A stretch of 64,000 nt of DNA from Camelus ferus (Eukaryota): contig NC_045696.1 of assembly GCF_009834535.1 (NCBI RefSeq), forward strand, positions 23,190,001-23,254,000, read 5' to 3'. The notes beneath the pieces were generated by a model. The model was not told the origin of the DNA. It did not search any database and was given only the letters and a program-made list of their open reading frames with translations. This document shows, piece by piece, positions 1-13,005 of this stretch. The position numbers and the translations under genes were made by a program. Numbering within the stretch: the stretch's first letter is position 1; each line of letters opens with the position of its first letter.

Positions 1-2671
1 TGTGAGCAAAACATTATTATATAGCCATTTTGATTTTTCAAAAAAAAATTTATACACAACAAAAATCCTACCTTGAAATTAGTATATGAAATCCTTATTT
101 CAAATGCCACCTTCCTCTCATCCCTCAATAAACAACTTAATTCTGATCAACTTTATCTTGCCTCAAAATTTCCAGGATTTTTGCTTTTAGGAGTTTACTT
201 GCACAAAGCATAGCTCAGTAAACAAAAGAAATGTGTCCACTGTGTATTCTATTTCCACATAATAGAACCATCATCTCAATTATTTTTAAATATCAAATCT
301 TCATATTCATAAATTATTTGAAAGCACAAGATAAGCTACTGTACACCAATACTCACAGTAGGTGAATGAGTTTTTTCCTTTATTTTATAAATGAAGATAT
401 TTTCCTTTTACACATTAGTTTCAAGCATATGAATTTACATATCTCCTTGACTTCCTCAAACATATAGTAAGTGAATGTCTTCAAGAAGAGCAAAACTGAC
501 AATTCTCTCAGATATAATTTAAAAAATATATTTGTTATTCAAATGTAGTCTGCTCATTCTATATAAAAGGGATAACTCAAATTTCAATTAAATAATTTTT
601 GGTTTCTCATCAAAACCCTATCTGTGTCATTTATGCAAATTACATGACCCTGAAATTCTGGACTTTGGAAATGTTTTCTCCACTTAGAAAAATACAATTC
701 AGATTTTAATATTTTTCTTTCCACAAAATATTACAAGGACATACTTTTCTGTCACCAATCAGTAATGTTTTTATTATAACTATTGTTAATAAATTTCCCT
801 CTCTTTGACAGGAAGTAGCTCCTAGAGCTTGGCTTCCCTCAAACACAGCCTGTAAATATGGTCTGAGATGTGAAGGTACTCCTGCATGTTTTAAGGGTCC
901 CTCAATGTTTCTGACCAGAAAGAGGTGTCTTTAGTGCTATGTTTCTTGCATAAATAAGTACAGGCCAGAGAGCCCAATGTCAAAATCTCTAGACAGATTG
1001 TCACTGCCTGAAAGACATTCTACTTTACCTCCAGAACTCAATTTCTGATGACCTTGAATGGCCTGGAACAGGGCTACTGCTGAGTTGTGTTTTCTTGTTT
1101 TTTTATGGCCTTCACCACTGAGAGTATCCAACTCTATCCCCCTTCTCTCTGATCTACCTGCCCGGCTACCCTTTCAGATAGAGCAGGCACCACACCCACA
1201 GACGACTTGCAAAAATCATGCTCTGGGCCCCCAGGAACTTAGAGTAAATTCAAATTGTGGAGGTAAATGATAGGTAGGCCAAGCCTTGATGGCAATTCAG
1301 AAGAAAGACACCAGGATGGACTAGGATATCTGGAGCCATTTTAGCTTTGGACATTCATAGTACCATCTCCTAAAAAGCAGAAGAGTCATCTTGAGTAGGT
1401 GGGTCAAAACATAAAAGGAAGATGAGCATTACATGTTCAAACACAGGCAAGCAAACTAAAACCCTTGTGTGCTGATTTCTGTATGTTTATTAGTTGTGAT
1501 TTTAACTGTCATGTTGTTCTTAAATGTTTCTGAAGCTATACAGGGAGTTCCTAAAAACTATGGCTTTCAAACTTGCATCCCTGACACAGTATTTAATATT
1601 TTATATATTTTAAGTTTTGCGTTCAATTCAGAAATGGGCTCATCCTTTACATTCTATCTAAGTTTGTCCGGAATGCAGGATTTTTCCTAAAAGACCAGAA
1701 TCACTAGTTGTATTTCCCTTTTTTCTTTATTTCCTTTAATATTTGAAAAATAAATAGGGCTAATATGTAATTTATTTTTCCTTTTTACATTAAAATTTGT
1801 TCGTGGAAGTTCAGTTTTCATATACCAAATGATACTTCCTATATTGAAGGAATTTCAGGAAATCTAATCAATATTATTTATTACTACTTTTCTGTTGGAT
1901 GAATTACGTTTTGATAAAATTAACAGGCTCTAATTAATAAATTTCAAAAAAAAACCATTTAACAAACTTTATACATAATATTTCTTGTGTCACAAAATCA
2001 GAGGCCCATAGTAAATATACTTATAACACGTCTTAAGTGGGTGATGAAAACTTTATATGATTTCATTGTTGATCTGGACTGTAGGTGAAACCGCATCATT
2101 CAGCCACTGTTCTCTAATCAAAGAAAATATGACATTGTGGTTTTAGGAAAAAAATGTATTTTAGCCAATATTATTCCACAAAGTAAAGGCAGGAGTTCAA
2201 ATCTGTTGCTAGAAGCCCAGTGCACTGGCTCACACTTCTCAATTTCTACCTAATTTGAAAAAATACAATTGAGACATTGGGAGTGTCATATTCTTTGCTA
2301 TTAAAAGCCACTACACTTCAGTTACGTATACTTGAGTGTGACATGTTGCTTTGAAAACAGGAAAAAAAATGACATTTAAGCCATATTTTACTTTTTAAAA
2401 AGTTAATTAACATTTGGAACATGACGATATTTCTAATAACACCAACAGTATTATTTCTTCCATAGATTCAGACCAAAAAAGTTATATACAGCTTGAAAGA
2501 TGAATATAATAAGCTGTGAAGACTTGCAATAAACTGGCAACAGTTCTTTGGGGATGTGAATCATCCAATAGAGGCCTGTTCTAAAACATTCATTTCTGAA
2601 ATAACTCATAAAATAAAATGGATATTGACAGTATTTTATATCAAATAGTCCTTTCTTTAGTCTTAAATCCA

Positions 2672-3175
2672 TTCATTCATTCAACTAACTTTTATTGCCT
2701 TTGTGCTTTCCCAGCTTTTGAGGACATTTATACATTCAACAAATATTTGTTGCATATCTGTCTGGCAATGTTCCAGATGCTAAATATGTAATTATAAATT
2801 GTTAAAAAGTGACCATGTGCTATGATGGAGAATAATAAGAGTGAGAAGGAGGAGGAAATTCTGACATAGAGAAGGTAGTCAGGCAAGGCCACAAAAAAGG
2901 TCTCCAGAGGCGATGTATGACATGAGATTTAAAAAATGAGAGTGACCTCGACACGGGAAGAACAGCATTTGGTTTCTCCACTAGACGGTGAGGGAGCCAG
3001 GACAGAAAAATACACAGCATATTCATAGCAGTAAGTGAAGACCAGCACAGCCAGAGACCAGGGAGGCAGGACCTGAGGCCAGCTGGGATGGGACAGCAGG
3101 AATCTCACCACTCAAGGACTTACAGGCTACGGGAAAGAGTTCGGATTTTATTCCCAGGGCAGTGAATGCCTCCTG
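2672..3175 (-). mobile_element. L2 LINE 3' fragment
   Basis: Begins attcattcattcaac, then cattcaacaaatatttgttg, followed by purine-rich L2 antisense text (gagttcggattttattcc). Family assigned from memory of the consensus. Confidence 0.75.
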
Positions 3176-5159
3176 AGGTAGAATCTCTCAGAAATGAGAC
3201 GTTGATATGAATTTTCTTAACCTCCCTAAAATCTGGGACCATCATGTATAACCCAGCGTATTAAGCAGCAGTTGTTAATAATACCAAAAAGACAATTCCT
3301 GTATCATTATTTGGGGAATAATTCAGGCCTCAATTTTTCTTCACTGAAAACTGCATACTTGGGATACTAGGTTGTGCTTTTTGTTCACAGGAGCTAACGA
3401 AACAAGTATCTTCCTAAAGTTAAATGCTAACTTGGGTTACCTGGGCTATTAGATGAGGTACCTGCTTCTGGAAGCAAATATATGTGACATTCTTCATCAA
3501 AAACAGCTGCATCCTCTGAGTTTGACTGGTCACGTGGTAAATTCAGCAACAAGATTATTTTATGTGATTGGATCAGCTGTTTAAGTATTCAACTAAAAAG
3601 TTTGAGGGCATCAGTACAAATTTAAAGGATTGAATCAGGTGTTTTCGGTTTATTAACAACTGATGAACTGAATAGCACAGACATGTAGATTCCTTCTTTA
3701 TGTTACAAATAAATACGATACTGTTTTCTACTAAACAATATCCAATATTCAATTAAAATATCATTTAACTTTTAAGAATTTTTAAAGTTAATGGATTAGA
3801 TATATTTTGAGAAAAAAAAATATGTTCATTGAAAACCAAAAGGAGCTCTAAAGATTGGATATGCAGTTGGAATCAATATTAATAAACTGTGGCCAAAAAT
3901 CACAACTTTGAAATTAATAAAAGACTACTACTAAGCTAAATTACAAGGTGCTTCTGCTGACTGAGATACTTAATCACAAGTTTTATTGTACTTTTTCAGC
4001 CCCTTAAAGACAAACCATTACAGCACTGTAAATTCTAGATATTAAAACACATGACTAATGGCAACATGCTTTAAAATTACCATGGAAGTGCTGTAGTTGG
4101 CATTTTTAATTGGGGCTTCCCTTTAGTGAATTTCTCACCAAACAAATATCTTTAACCTCTTAAAATAACAATATCTAGATTCATCCTTCCCTGGAGATTT
4201 ATATTCAACCATGTAAAAGATGAAAATAAGGCTACAAGGAATGCTTAATACACTTACATGTAGAATTCTTTCCTTAAAGTTGAGAGTGCACTTTTACAAA
4301 TGCATTCAATATTTTGGCTTCCACTAAGAAGGTTTTTGATATGAGTCATCTATACTTCTCTTTATAAAATGATATGTCTTTTAAATGTCCAATTTGATAA
4401 ATCAAATTAAAAACCAGAGAGTTAAAATTGTCACTTTATATAAAATCTTATCCATTTTGTGTAAATATCAATGCACTATATTAAAAGTTTTTGTCACTGC
4501 AGAAACTGCATATGAGATAGTAGATCACAGCATGAGTTTTGAGGCAGACCTCCTTGTAGGAATATCAAAGTAGATAACTCTGAACACACTGAAACTACAA
4601 AAGGCATGGAATGAGGAGTTGTGAGAGGGTTTTATAAAGAAGATTTCTTTGAGGAGCACTGTATCTGCCCCCTCCTGTCGATTTTACAGAGGGAGTTTCT
4701 GTAGGAGGACCCTTTGGAGAGCTAAAGTTAGGAGACAGAGTAAAATCTCCTTGGACTCCTGCCTGGACAATATAAATGACACACACGGATGAGCCAGCTG
4801 CTTTACTGTCTGATTAAGGGAGAACTTCCTACAATATTGACATGTGTTTGCATTTCTAGAGTTTGTTCATGCAAAGAATGCATGAGTATGGCCAGTGGAA
4901 CAATGTAGTTCCAGCATGAAGAGAAGCTGCCCAAGGAAGCACCTGGAAGGATGAGAGATTTTTGTGTGAAATAGACTCCCAAATATGCAAGCTGACAATG
5001 GCACAGCTAAGACAGAAAAATTTATTACCCAATGCACAGGAAGTGCAGTTGAATGTTCCCAGTGGGGACCTCTGATGTGTATGGAAAAGCACCCTAAGAG
5101 CTTAAGACAACTACCCACCTCAGATAGTGGGAAGCCACCCTAAGACAATAAGTCAAATG

Positions 5160-5742
5160 AGAACTTCAGCAAAACTGAGTGGGGGTGTACAGAGATTTCC
5201 AGGTACTCCCTGCCCCCACATTCAAAGCTTCCCTCATTATTAACATCACTCACCAGAGTTGTACATTTTTTATAATTGGTGGCCTACACTGACACATTAT
5301 CACCCAAAGTCCACTAGGAGTCACTCTTTGTGTTGAGCATTCTATGGGTTTGCATGTATAACAACCTCTATCCACCATTATAGTATCATACTATATGTAT
5401 ATATGTATGATATATATAGTCGATTATACTATAATATGACACCATAATGGTGGATACATGTCATAAAACATACTATAGTATCAAAATATAGAATAGTTTC
5501 ACTACCCTAAAATTCCCTGTGCTTCACCTATTCATCCTTAGCCCCTGGCAACCAGTGATCTTTTTACTGTTTCCACAGTTTGATCTCCAGAATGCCATAA
5601 AGATGGAATCATACAGTATATAGCCTTTTCAGATTGGCTTCTTTCACTTAGTAATATGCATTTAAGGTTCCTCTATGTCTTTTCATGATTTGATAGCTCA
5701 TTTCTTTTTAGCATTGAATAACATTCTATTATCTGTATGTAT
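5160..5742 (-). mobile_element. Old L1 (L1MC/L1MB-type) 3' end
   Basis: Motifs attattaacatc, tatccaccattatagtatcata, gcccctggcaaccagtgatc and cagattggcttctttcacttagtaatatgcatttaagg match the reverse strand of L1M 3' UTRs. Confidence 0.85.
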
Positions 5743-5769
5743 TTTGGGTCTTTTTTTTTTTTTTTTAAA

Positions 5770-6135
5770 AAAGGAAGTTTTCAATCTGTGTGCAATGGAA
5801 GTACTTTGGAAAGTCTTAAGGGAAGAGTGACATGATGAGATTTATGGTTTAAAAATATAAATCTGGCTTATTTATGGGGAAGAGGCTAGAGAGGATAGGG
5901 ACAAATTCCAAGAGAACAGTTGGGGTGCTATTGCAATAGTTCTGGTATGAGAGGAGAGAGCCACATTCTGGGATGGTAGCAGCTGAGATGAACAGAATGA
6001 GATGGTTTAAAAATACATTTATGAGTTAAAAGTAATAGCGCTCATTGATGAATCAGACTTGGGAAATTACAGAAAGAGAGGTCAAGGATGATTTCTGGAT
6101 TTTGGGCTTGAGCAATTGGGTAGATGAGGGTATTT
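5770..6135 (-). mobile_element. L2 LINE fragment
   Basis: gagtgacatgatgagattt ... gtcaaggatgatttctggattttgggcttgagcaattgggtagatg is typical L2 antisense sequence. Confidence 0.75.
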
Positions 6136-6796
6136 AACAAGGGTGGGTGGGGAAATAAGGCTGGATGTCTCACTAGAGTAGGTTGATTCCATGCCAAAAA
6201 CTCAGCCCCTCAGAAAATTCTTTTAGAGGGATATAAAAGTCCCCACCAAACATAACTCTTACTTCCTTTTCCTTGCAGATTACTGGCCAGTCCTCCTAGA
6301 CTCTAGGGATATGAATAATGCCCTTAATAATGTCAAATAATTTCCATCAGTCCTTAATTGCCCACTGATCTGTTTCCACCATCTTAATCATCTTTTTGAT
6401 GGTGTTCCCCGCTACTACTAAACTTGACATTATACATCGGCAATATTCTGTTTTCTTTTTTTTTTTAACTTTTGTTTGTTTGTTTTTTGCAAACTTGCAA
6501 ACTTCTATTATTTGCAAACATTTATTTCAGCTAAAATGTTTGTCAGAACCCTAAATAAATAGCATAAAAGTTGTCCATGATAGGGTGCTAGGATCATTTG
6601 CAGTAGGTTGTATTCATGGCTGTTGGCTAATGGTATATAGTCCATTATATTAGCTCTCGCTGGTTAAAAGATTAAACTAACATCCAGAGCATATAAATAG
6701 TAGGCTATAATATTCTTCTTTCTCTCTATATACATATATATATATAAATTTTTTAGTAAAAATCATTGAGATACTAATAGAATTAAAATCAATCAG

Positions 6797-6951
6797 AAAT
6801 ACCAATGTTTGTTTCTTAGTTTTGATAACTGGACTATGGTTATACAAGATATTAATGTTAGCAAAAGCAAGGTAAAGAATCTATGGAACCTCTATGTACC
6901 ATTTTGTAACATTTCTGTAGGTCTCAAATTATGTCAAAATAAAAAGATAAA
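6797..6951 (+). mobile_element. Old L1 (L1MC/MD/ME-type) 3' terminus
   Basis: ttttgataactggactatggttatacaagatattaat ... ctctatgtaccattttgtaacatttctgtaggtctcaaattatgtcaaaataaaaag. Confidence 0.75.
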
Positions 6952-8594
6952 AGGTAAATCATCATTGCCAGGGCAGAGTTAAAAGGGAAATATGTGTATA
7001 ACATACCTGAAAAAGACAGATATTCAAATATCAGCATTAGAGGGCTTTAACTCAGTGTTATGTCTTTACTTATTCTTGATTAAATGCATGAGTTCACTTA
7101 CATATGCAAATCAAATCTGATTAAATTACCTGAAATAAAATAAAACAGGAATATATGAATAAGTATATGACTACATAAAATGTCTTGAAGCTTAATGAAT
7201 AAGCAGGAATTAATATTATCTCGAAGAGTTGTGAAGGAGCTAAGGCTCCACCATAAATCTGAAGGCAAACTTGCTCTACACGATAGAACTTTTTGCCCTT
7301 CTTCTTAAAAAAAATGATAAATTCCCTGAGTTCAAGGATGACTTTTAGTTTTACCAAAGCTGTTCATCACAGAATCACTTTTTCTGTTTACTCAGGTACT
7401 ACATTTTAGAGTCCTCTTTAACTCATTCTTCCCCATTTTTTCTTTCATCTGAACAGTTCCTACCTCATGCCAAACCTTTGACTTCATCATCTTCACTATT
7501 ATCTTATGTTAAGTCCTTATTGCTTTTCTAAGGTCCTATACAGGAATACTCTCCTAAATCCTATCCTTACTTTCCCTGATTCAAATGATCCATTCTACAT
7601 ACATACATAAGACAAATTATTCACTATAAATTGTAGATCTGGTCATGTTCAAAAGCCATTAAAGAAAATATGTTACTTTAAAAAAGAAAGGAAAACAGAA
7701 AAAAGCAAACGCCTCTAGAATCTAGTCCACATCATGACTCCTTTGTATCTTGTTGAGCTCAGCTCACTTCCTTCTTTCTAGGTGTATTCCCTGACCTCCT
7801 GCCAAAGTGAATTGTCTACTGTTCCCTGAAGAGGCTCACAGTCTCCCATCCCTGCCTTTGTTCACGTTGTTTCCCTCCATCTGAAATTTTTGTTTTTTCA
7901 GTTATTCAAGGGACCAGCCTTAATGCAGACAACTAGGGTATAATGTTAACATGACAAAGTGGTCTTGCCCTTGAAAGGGTCCCAATGAAAGACTGCTTCC
8001 CCCTTGAAACTTTTCTGATCTACCTTTTAGTACGCAGACTTTTCTCCTTTGACCTGCCTTCTTTGTTAAGGCATTGATATGGCTATACCCTGATACATAC
8101 ACTGATATGGTGCTCTCAGGTGTTGCTTTCTTAAGGTCTGAGACCGTTGGCAACTATTTTTTATGCCTTGAATTGTCTACCAGAGAATTGGGTGCTCAGC
8201 AAAGATCAACAGAATTAAACTGAACACTGAAGGCATTCTCTAAGAAGAGGGATTCCTCAAACTCAGCTCCTGATCCACTCCTCTCTTTCCCACCCTGAGC
8301 TCCTTACCACAACAAATTTATCTAAATAAATTTTTTAGCCTTAAAGTAGTCACAGACATGCTACTTGGGTAATAGTATTTTTTTAATTTGAATTGTTAAT
8401 ACTCCATGAGCTACAATTAAATATGGCATGATTCTAATTGCCTTTCTGTTGTAGAAACTATATGTTCATTTATTGTGCATACTGATTGAATTTCCAGTTG
8501 AAGGAAAGTGTAACTGAGCTGAAACCATGGGCCTATCTTCAGTTCGCCATATTCAGAACCCTCTTTGGTCATCGTATTCATTATCTAATATTTA

Positions 8595-8790
8595 CAGGGC
8601 CCCTGCATGTGGTTGTTCGGGCTGTGGGCTATAAAAGGGACACTGGCTAGGGAAGTGAGTGAGGCAGAAATCCAGCTCATACTCTGCTTACCAAACCACA
8701 AGCATGAGTCCAATTACACATCAAATGTGCATGTGGCATCTGCACAGAGGAAAGGGGAACTTTTTATTATTCACATAAAGTGCAAGTGGG
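8595..8790. mobile_element. hAT-type MITE remnant (MER91/MER45-like)
   Basis: gaggcagaaatccagctcatactctgcttaccaaacc and gcatctgcacagaggaaaggggaacttttt resemble MER91-type consensus as recalled. Confidence 0.4.
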
Positions 8791-9229
8791 GATTAATCTA
8801 GTCAATGAACTTTAATATATTGTATAGAAAACCTTTTTAATACTGAAATCTTTGGTGTGTGTTTTTCTTAATCCAATTTTGTTGATAGGAGTGCAATTTT
8901 CATCTAAGTGTATTCCAACATAGAAGCAGTGAAGAATTCTATGAATTAAACATACACGCTCTCCCTAGAAATAATAAAAAGATACATTAGGTCATTGGAT
9001 CGATTTCTTTTCCAATGAAAGTTTGTTCTCTCTTGTGTATTTGTCATTGTTTTGTCCCACATGAGTTTAAACTATTTAAGCTATAGTTCTTATTCCATTT
9101 CCCAAGGGTGTATATTCAAGAGCTTAATAGAAGTCCTTGTTACTGAATTGAAGAGTGGGTGCTTTGTTTTACGTTTCTTTGGTGAAGTAGACTGACCTAG
9201 AATTCAGGACACTTTAATGTTACTCTTCT

Positions 9230-9456
9230 CTTTATTATTATTATCATTACTATTATTATTCTTATCAGTCAATATCTATATTGCCCATATATTGTGTTTA
9301 TAATGCTCATTACCTCTAATCCTCTCTACAAATTACTCTGACAGGTACTGTCATTCTCATTTTTTACAGAAGAAAACTCAGGTGTTTGGTGATTTCCCCA
9401 AATCCAGAAGGGAAGCATGATTCCAAATTGAGATTTAAATCCAGGTCATCCTGACA
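9230..9456 (-). mobile_element. MIR SINE
   Basis: (TTA)n tail, then cattctcattttttacagaagaaaactcagg and gagatttaaatccaggtc (MIR core, reverse strand). Confidence 0.7.
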
Positions 9457-9524
9457 ACAGAAAATCTTCTCCCTCCTTTAGATGAAGTCTAGCAAACTAA
9501 AAAATGTTCCACTTTCTTTAATAA

Positions 9525-10415
9525 ATTTATCAACGAATGTTAGTAGAATAATTCTTATGTGCCCTGAATTCTAGTCGATGCTAGAGATGAGAAAGAGAGA
9601 CAATATTTGCTCTTAGGGCACTTATATTGGGGAAAGAGGTAATAAACAAATATACAAATATATAACACGAGTCCAGGTATTGACAAGTACTAGTGACATA
9701 AAACAAATCAGGGTACGGAAATAGAGAGTAATGAGTTGGAAGTAGTGGGTGGGAGGTCACAGAAGGTCCTTCTGAGGAAGTTATAGTTTAGTAGTGGTCT
9801 GAATGTAGTAAGGAGAAAGTCATATGAAGGTTGAGTGGAAGAGTGTCCCAGACTAGAAGGATCATGGCAAGTTAGAGGAACATCATGAAGGCCAGCATCA
9901 TTAGGACAGGATGCACAGGAGAGTAGTAGGAGGTGAAGACAGCTTACAGGTAGAGATCTCATAACGCAGGCATAAGCAGGCAAAGGTAAGGAGTTGGTTT
10001 TTTTCCTGAGAAGCCATTGGAGGGGTTTATCCAATTCACGTCTCTGAAAAATCACCTTGACTGCTGTGTGGAAAATAACTCTAGGGGGAGAAGAATGGAA
10101 ACAGAAATACAGAAACTGCCAGTTAGACTATTGCAACAGCCTCCACAAGGCATGACGGTGACTCAAGGCAGAGTGGAGGTCTTGGAGGAGGGGAAGTGGT
10201 TATGTTGGAACAGAGTTAGAAATCGAGTTGGCAGGACTGGCTGATGGAAAAGATGTAGGTGTCAGAAAAAGAGAGAAATCCAAGATCACACCTAGGTTTT
10301 ACACTTGAGATACTTGGTGGATGTTGGCGCCATTTACTGAGACAGAGAAATTTGAAAATGAGCAGGAGTTTAGGAGTGGATATGTAGGAAATTAAGAAGT
10401 CTGTTTCGTACACAT
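9525..10415 (-). mobile_element. L2 LINE, about 0.9 kb 3' portion
   Basis: Continuous L2 antisense text: gaagccattggaggggttt, gactattgcaacagcc, caagatcacacctaggtttt, ccatttactgagacagag. Confidence 0.8.
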
Positions 10416-12909
10416 TATTGTATCTTATGGCAAATTATACACATTTCTGTACTACTTTGAGACTGTAATGTATCAGCTAAATTAGAAAAGTCCTAAAAGG
10501 TGTTGACAGATAGATGCCTCCCATGGATATATGAAAGATGTGAAAAAAAAATGTCTCCCTACATACATCCACTCACCCACAAACACAAAAGTGCCCCTAC
10601 TACATTACATTATACCTACATAATTATTCATTGGGACACATGGTTTGATTTGGATCATCAAACCAGTGATTAAGTCCAGCCAGAAAAGAAACATGCAATG
10701 AATATTAATCTTCTTTTTGCTCATAGATCATCCCTATGACGCCCAGGGGCAATCTTTAACGGGTCCATTTTCTCCACGTAAAATGTGTGTTTTCTCATAG
10801 TCCTGAGGTTGAGAGTAGAAACAGAGTTCACTGAGATTTTTTATTATTATTATTATTGGTGGATTTTCTGTCTTTCATTTTTTTTCCAGAACCATTTTCA
10901 AAATACATTTATTCCAAAAGACTTCACTGACTGCTCTGGGTCACATAAAAAGAGAGCCTAAATCTTTCCTGAAGCCTGAAGAGGGTGTCATTTTTATCCC
11001 TTCTTAAGCACTTAGAACCAAATTACAATTCTTACCTTTCCTTTTATTTCTAAACGCTTTCTACCTAGTAGGATTGCAAGCTGCTGAAGTTACAAGTAAT
11101 GACTTTCATATAATCGTTATCACTCTGCTGAGCATCATGCTCACATAAGATGCCTTGGATTTGTTTTTGATGATCAAAAAAAAAAAATCAGAAAGTCTCC
11201 TTTCCAAAATTTCAGAAGGGATATAAAATAGTGTAGTTGTCTGGGGACTTCTGTCATAAATTTGTGAAATTGTCAAGGTCTAACTCTGGAAGCAGTATTT
11301 CAGATAACCTAATCCCACTTTATTTTGTATTTGAAACTTTGCTAGGTAAAATGCTACTTGCTAAAATCAAAATAGACAAACAGACAAATAAAAAGCACCA
11401 AAATATACATCTGCACTAGTGAAATGCTTTGATTTGTTGGTGACTGGCTTGTTCTTTGGAGTTTTACTTTGTAAAGTTATTTTTGCCTGTTTTGAGCTAC
11501 ATCAACATTCCTATGATTTATTTCACCTGTAAATGGTGACAATCTGCTTGGATACTATAAAGGGAGGAGATAACAGAGTCTGAAGGAAGCTCTCTACTAA
11601 CCAAGTCGAGGCCTCCTCTCCACTTGATTGGAACTTCAGGTGATAATTATCTGGTACAGTCATTAGGGTTAATATGCATTATTTATTTTGATTTTATAAT
11701 CTGTAAGGGTCATACAAACACTAATATGGGTTCCTAATTGTCTATTATGCTGAGAGGAAAATATTTTGACCAGCAAAAAAAGTATATGTATCTATGTGTC
11801 CATGGTAGTTTGCTTTGTTCTATCAAAAAGTCTCATAAACTTGAATTTGTGAGAGTTAAGCTTCGAAGACTTTATCACCTTTGGGTAAAATAATCAAACA
11901 ACTCTTCTGACCAAACACAATAGAGCCCTGGAACATTCATGCCCATCTAAAGTGCAGATCATGTTCAAGGTTCAGCCTAAAATAGTGAGGGAGCTTTTCC
12001 CTCTTTATGAATCTGTTTTACTGGTAAAGCAACATGAAATGAATGTTTAACATGACAGGAAATGAGGCAAGAAGTACAGGTCTATATTTTAAGACTGCTC
12101 CAATAATACATAGAAACACCAAAATTATTTTTTCCTAGTCACAAGTTGAGAGCAGCATGGCCCCATTTCTGTTTTACATCTAGTCGCATTGATCAGCATG
12201 TCCAGATGATTCCCCCTCCCTTTCCCACACTTTTGATTCAATCTGTTGCAAGTCCATCTTTTAGAATGCTTGCTGTGCCTAGTGGTCAGAGACAAATTTG
12301 GTTCAATACTAAACTGAGTAATTCAAGTGGACAGCCAAATAGCTGATATTATACTCATTAGTGACTGAGAACAAAACAAAACAGAAAAACCCACAGGGAT
12401 AAACTGGATTTTGGTGAGACAAACAGTAAAAGACCTTAGTGAGAGTATAGTGAGGTTTGTCAAAATGGAGAAATTCTGTTTTTTGTCTCAAGTACGTTTG
12501 CATGTGTGTGACTTGGATGTGTATCTAATATGCTTAACATAATGTTTCTCAAATTTCCACTACCAAACTTGCCACATTCCCATGTGTAGTAAACCACCAG
12601 GAGTTCTCTAAAAGAATCTTACTCAGCAAACAAGCTTGCACTGTCTAATATAAAAATCATGAAAATATTAATGCTAATACTAACTGCCTAGAAATGGTCT
12701 GAGAAGAAACAGAAAAATAGGACCCTGATTCTTTTCTTTAGAGCAATAGAATCTGGATGAAGAGGGAGTTATCAAGACATAGTTATAAAAACATTCAAAC
12801 TCCTCTTCACAATCATAAGAATACATAATTAGCACATCTGTGTTTGGGAAGGTTAAATTTAACTCAGCTTGTATTAAAAATATCTTGAAATATGACATAA
12901 AGCTTCATA

Positions 12910-13005
12910 ATTATTTCAACAGGCATTCATTGACCCCGCCTGTGTGCCAGGTAACATGGACAGAAAGGTGAATAAGACAAGGAACTATGCCCTGCAAACT
13001 CCAAG
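12910..13005 (-). mobile_element. L2 3' end fragment
   Basis: tcaacaggcattcattgaccccgcctgtgtgccagg ... gtgaataagacaagg. Confidence 0.6.

Noticed and set aside
4595..5118. Run of minus-strand ORFs in a slightly GC-richer patch
   Set aside because: No recognisable domain or convincing splice sites; possibly a degraded LTR-type repeat that I cannot assign.
8626..8639. gggctataaaaggg, a textbook TATA box
   Set aside because: It lies within a probable MER91/MER45-like remnant with no other promoter evidence.
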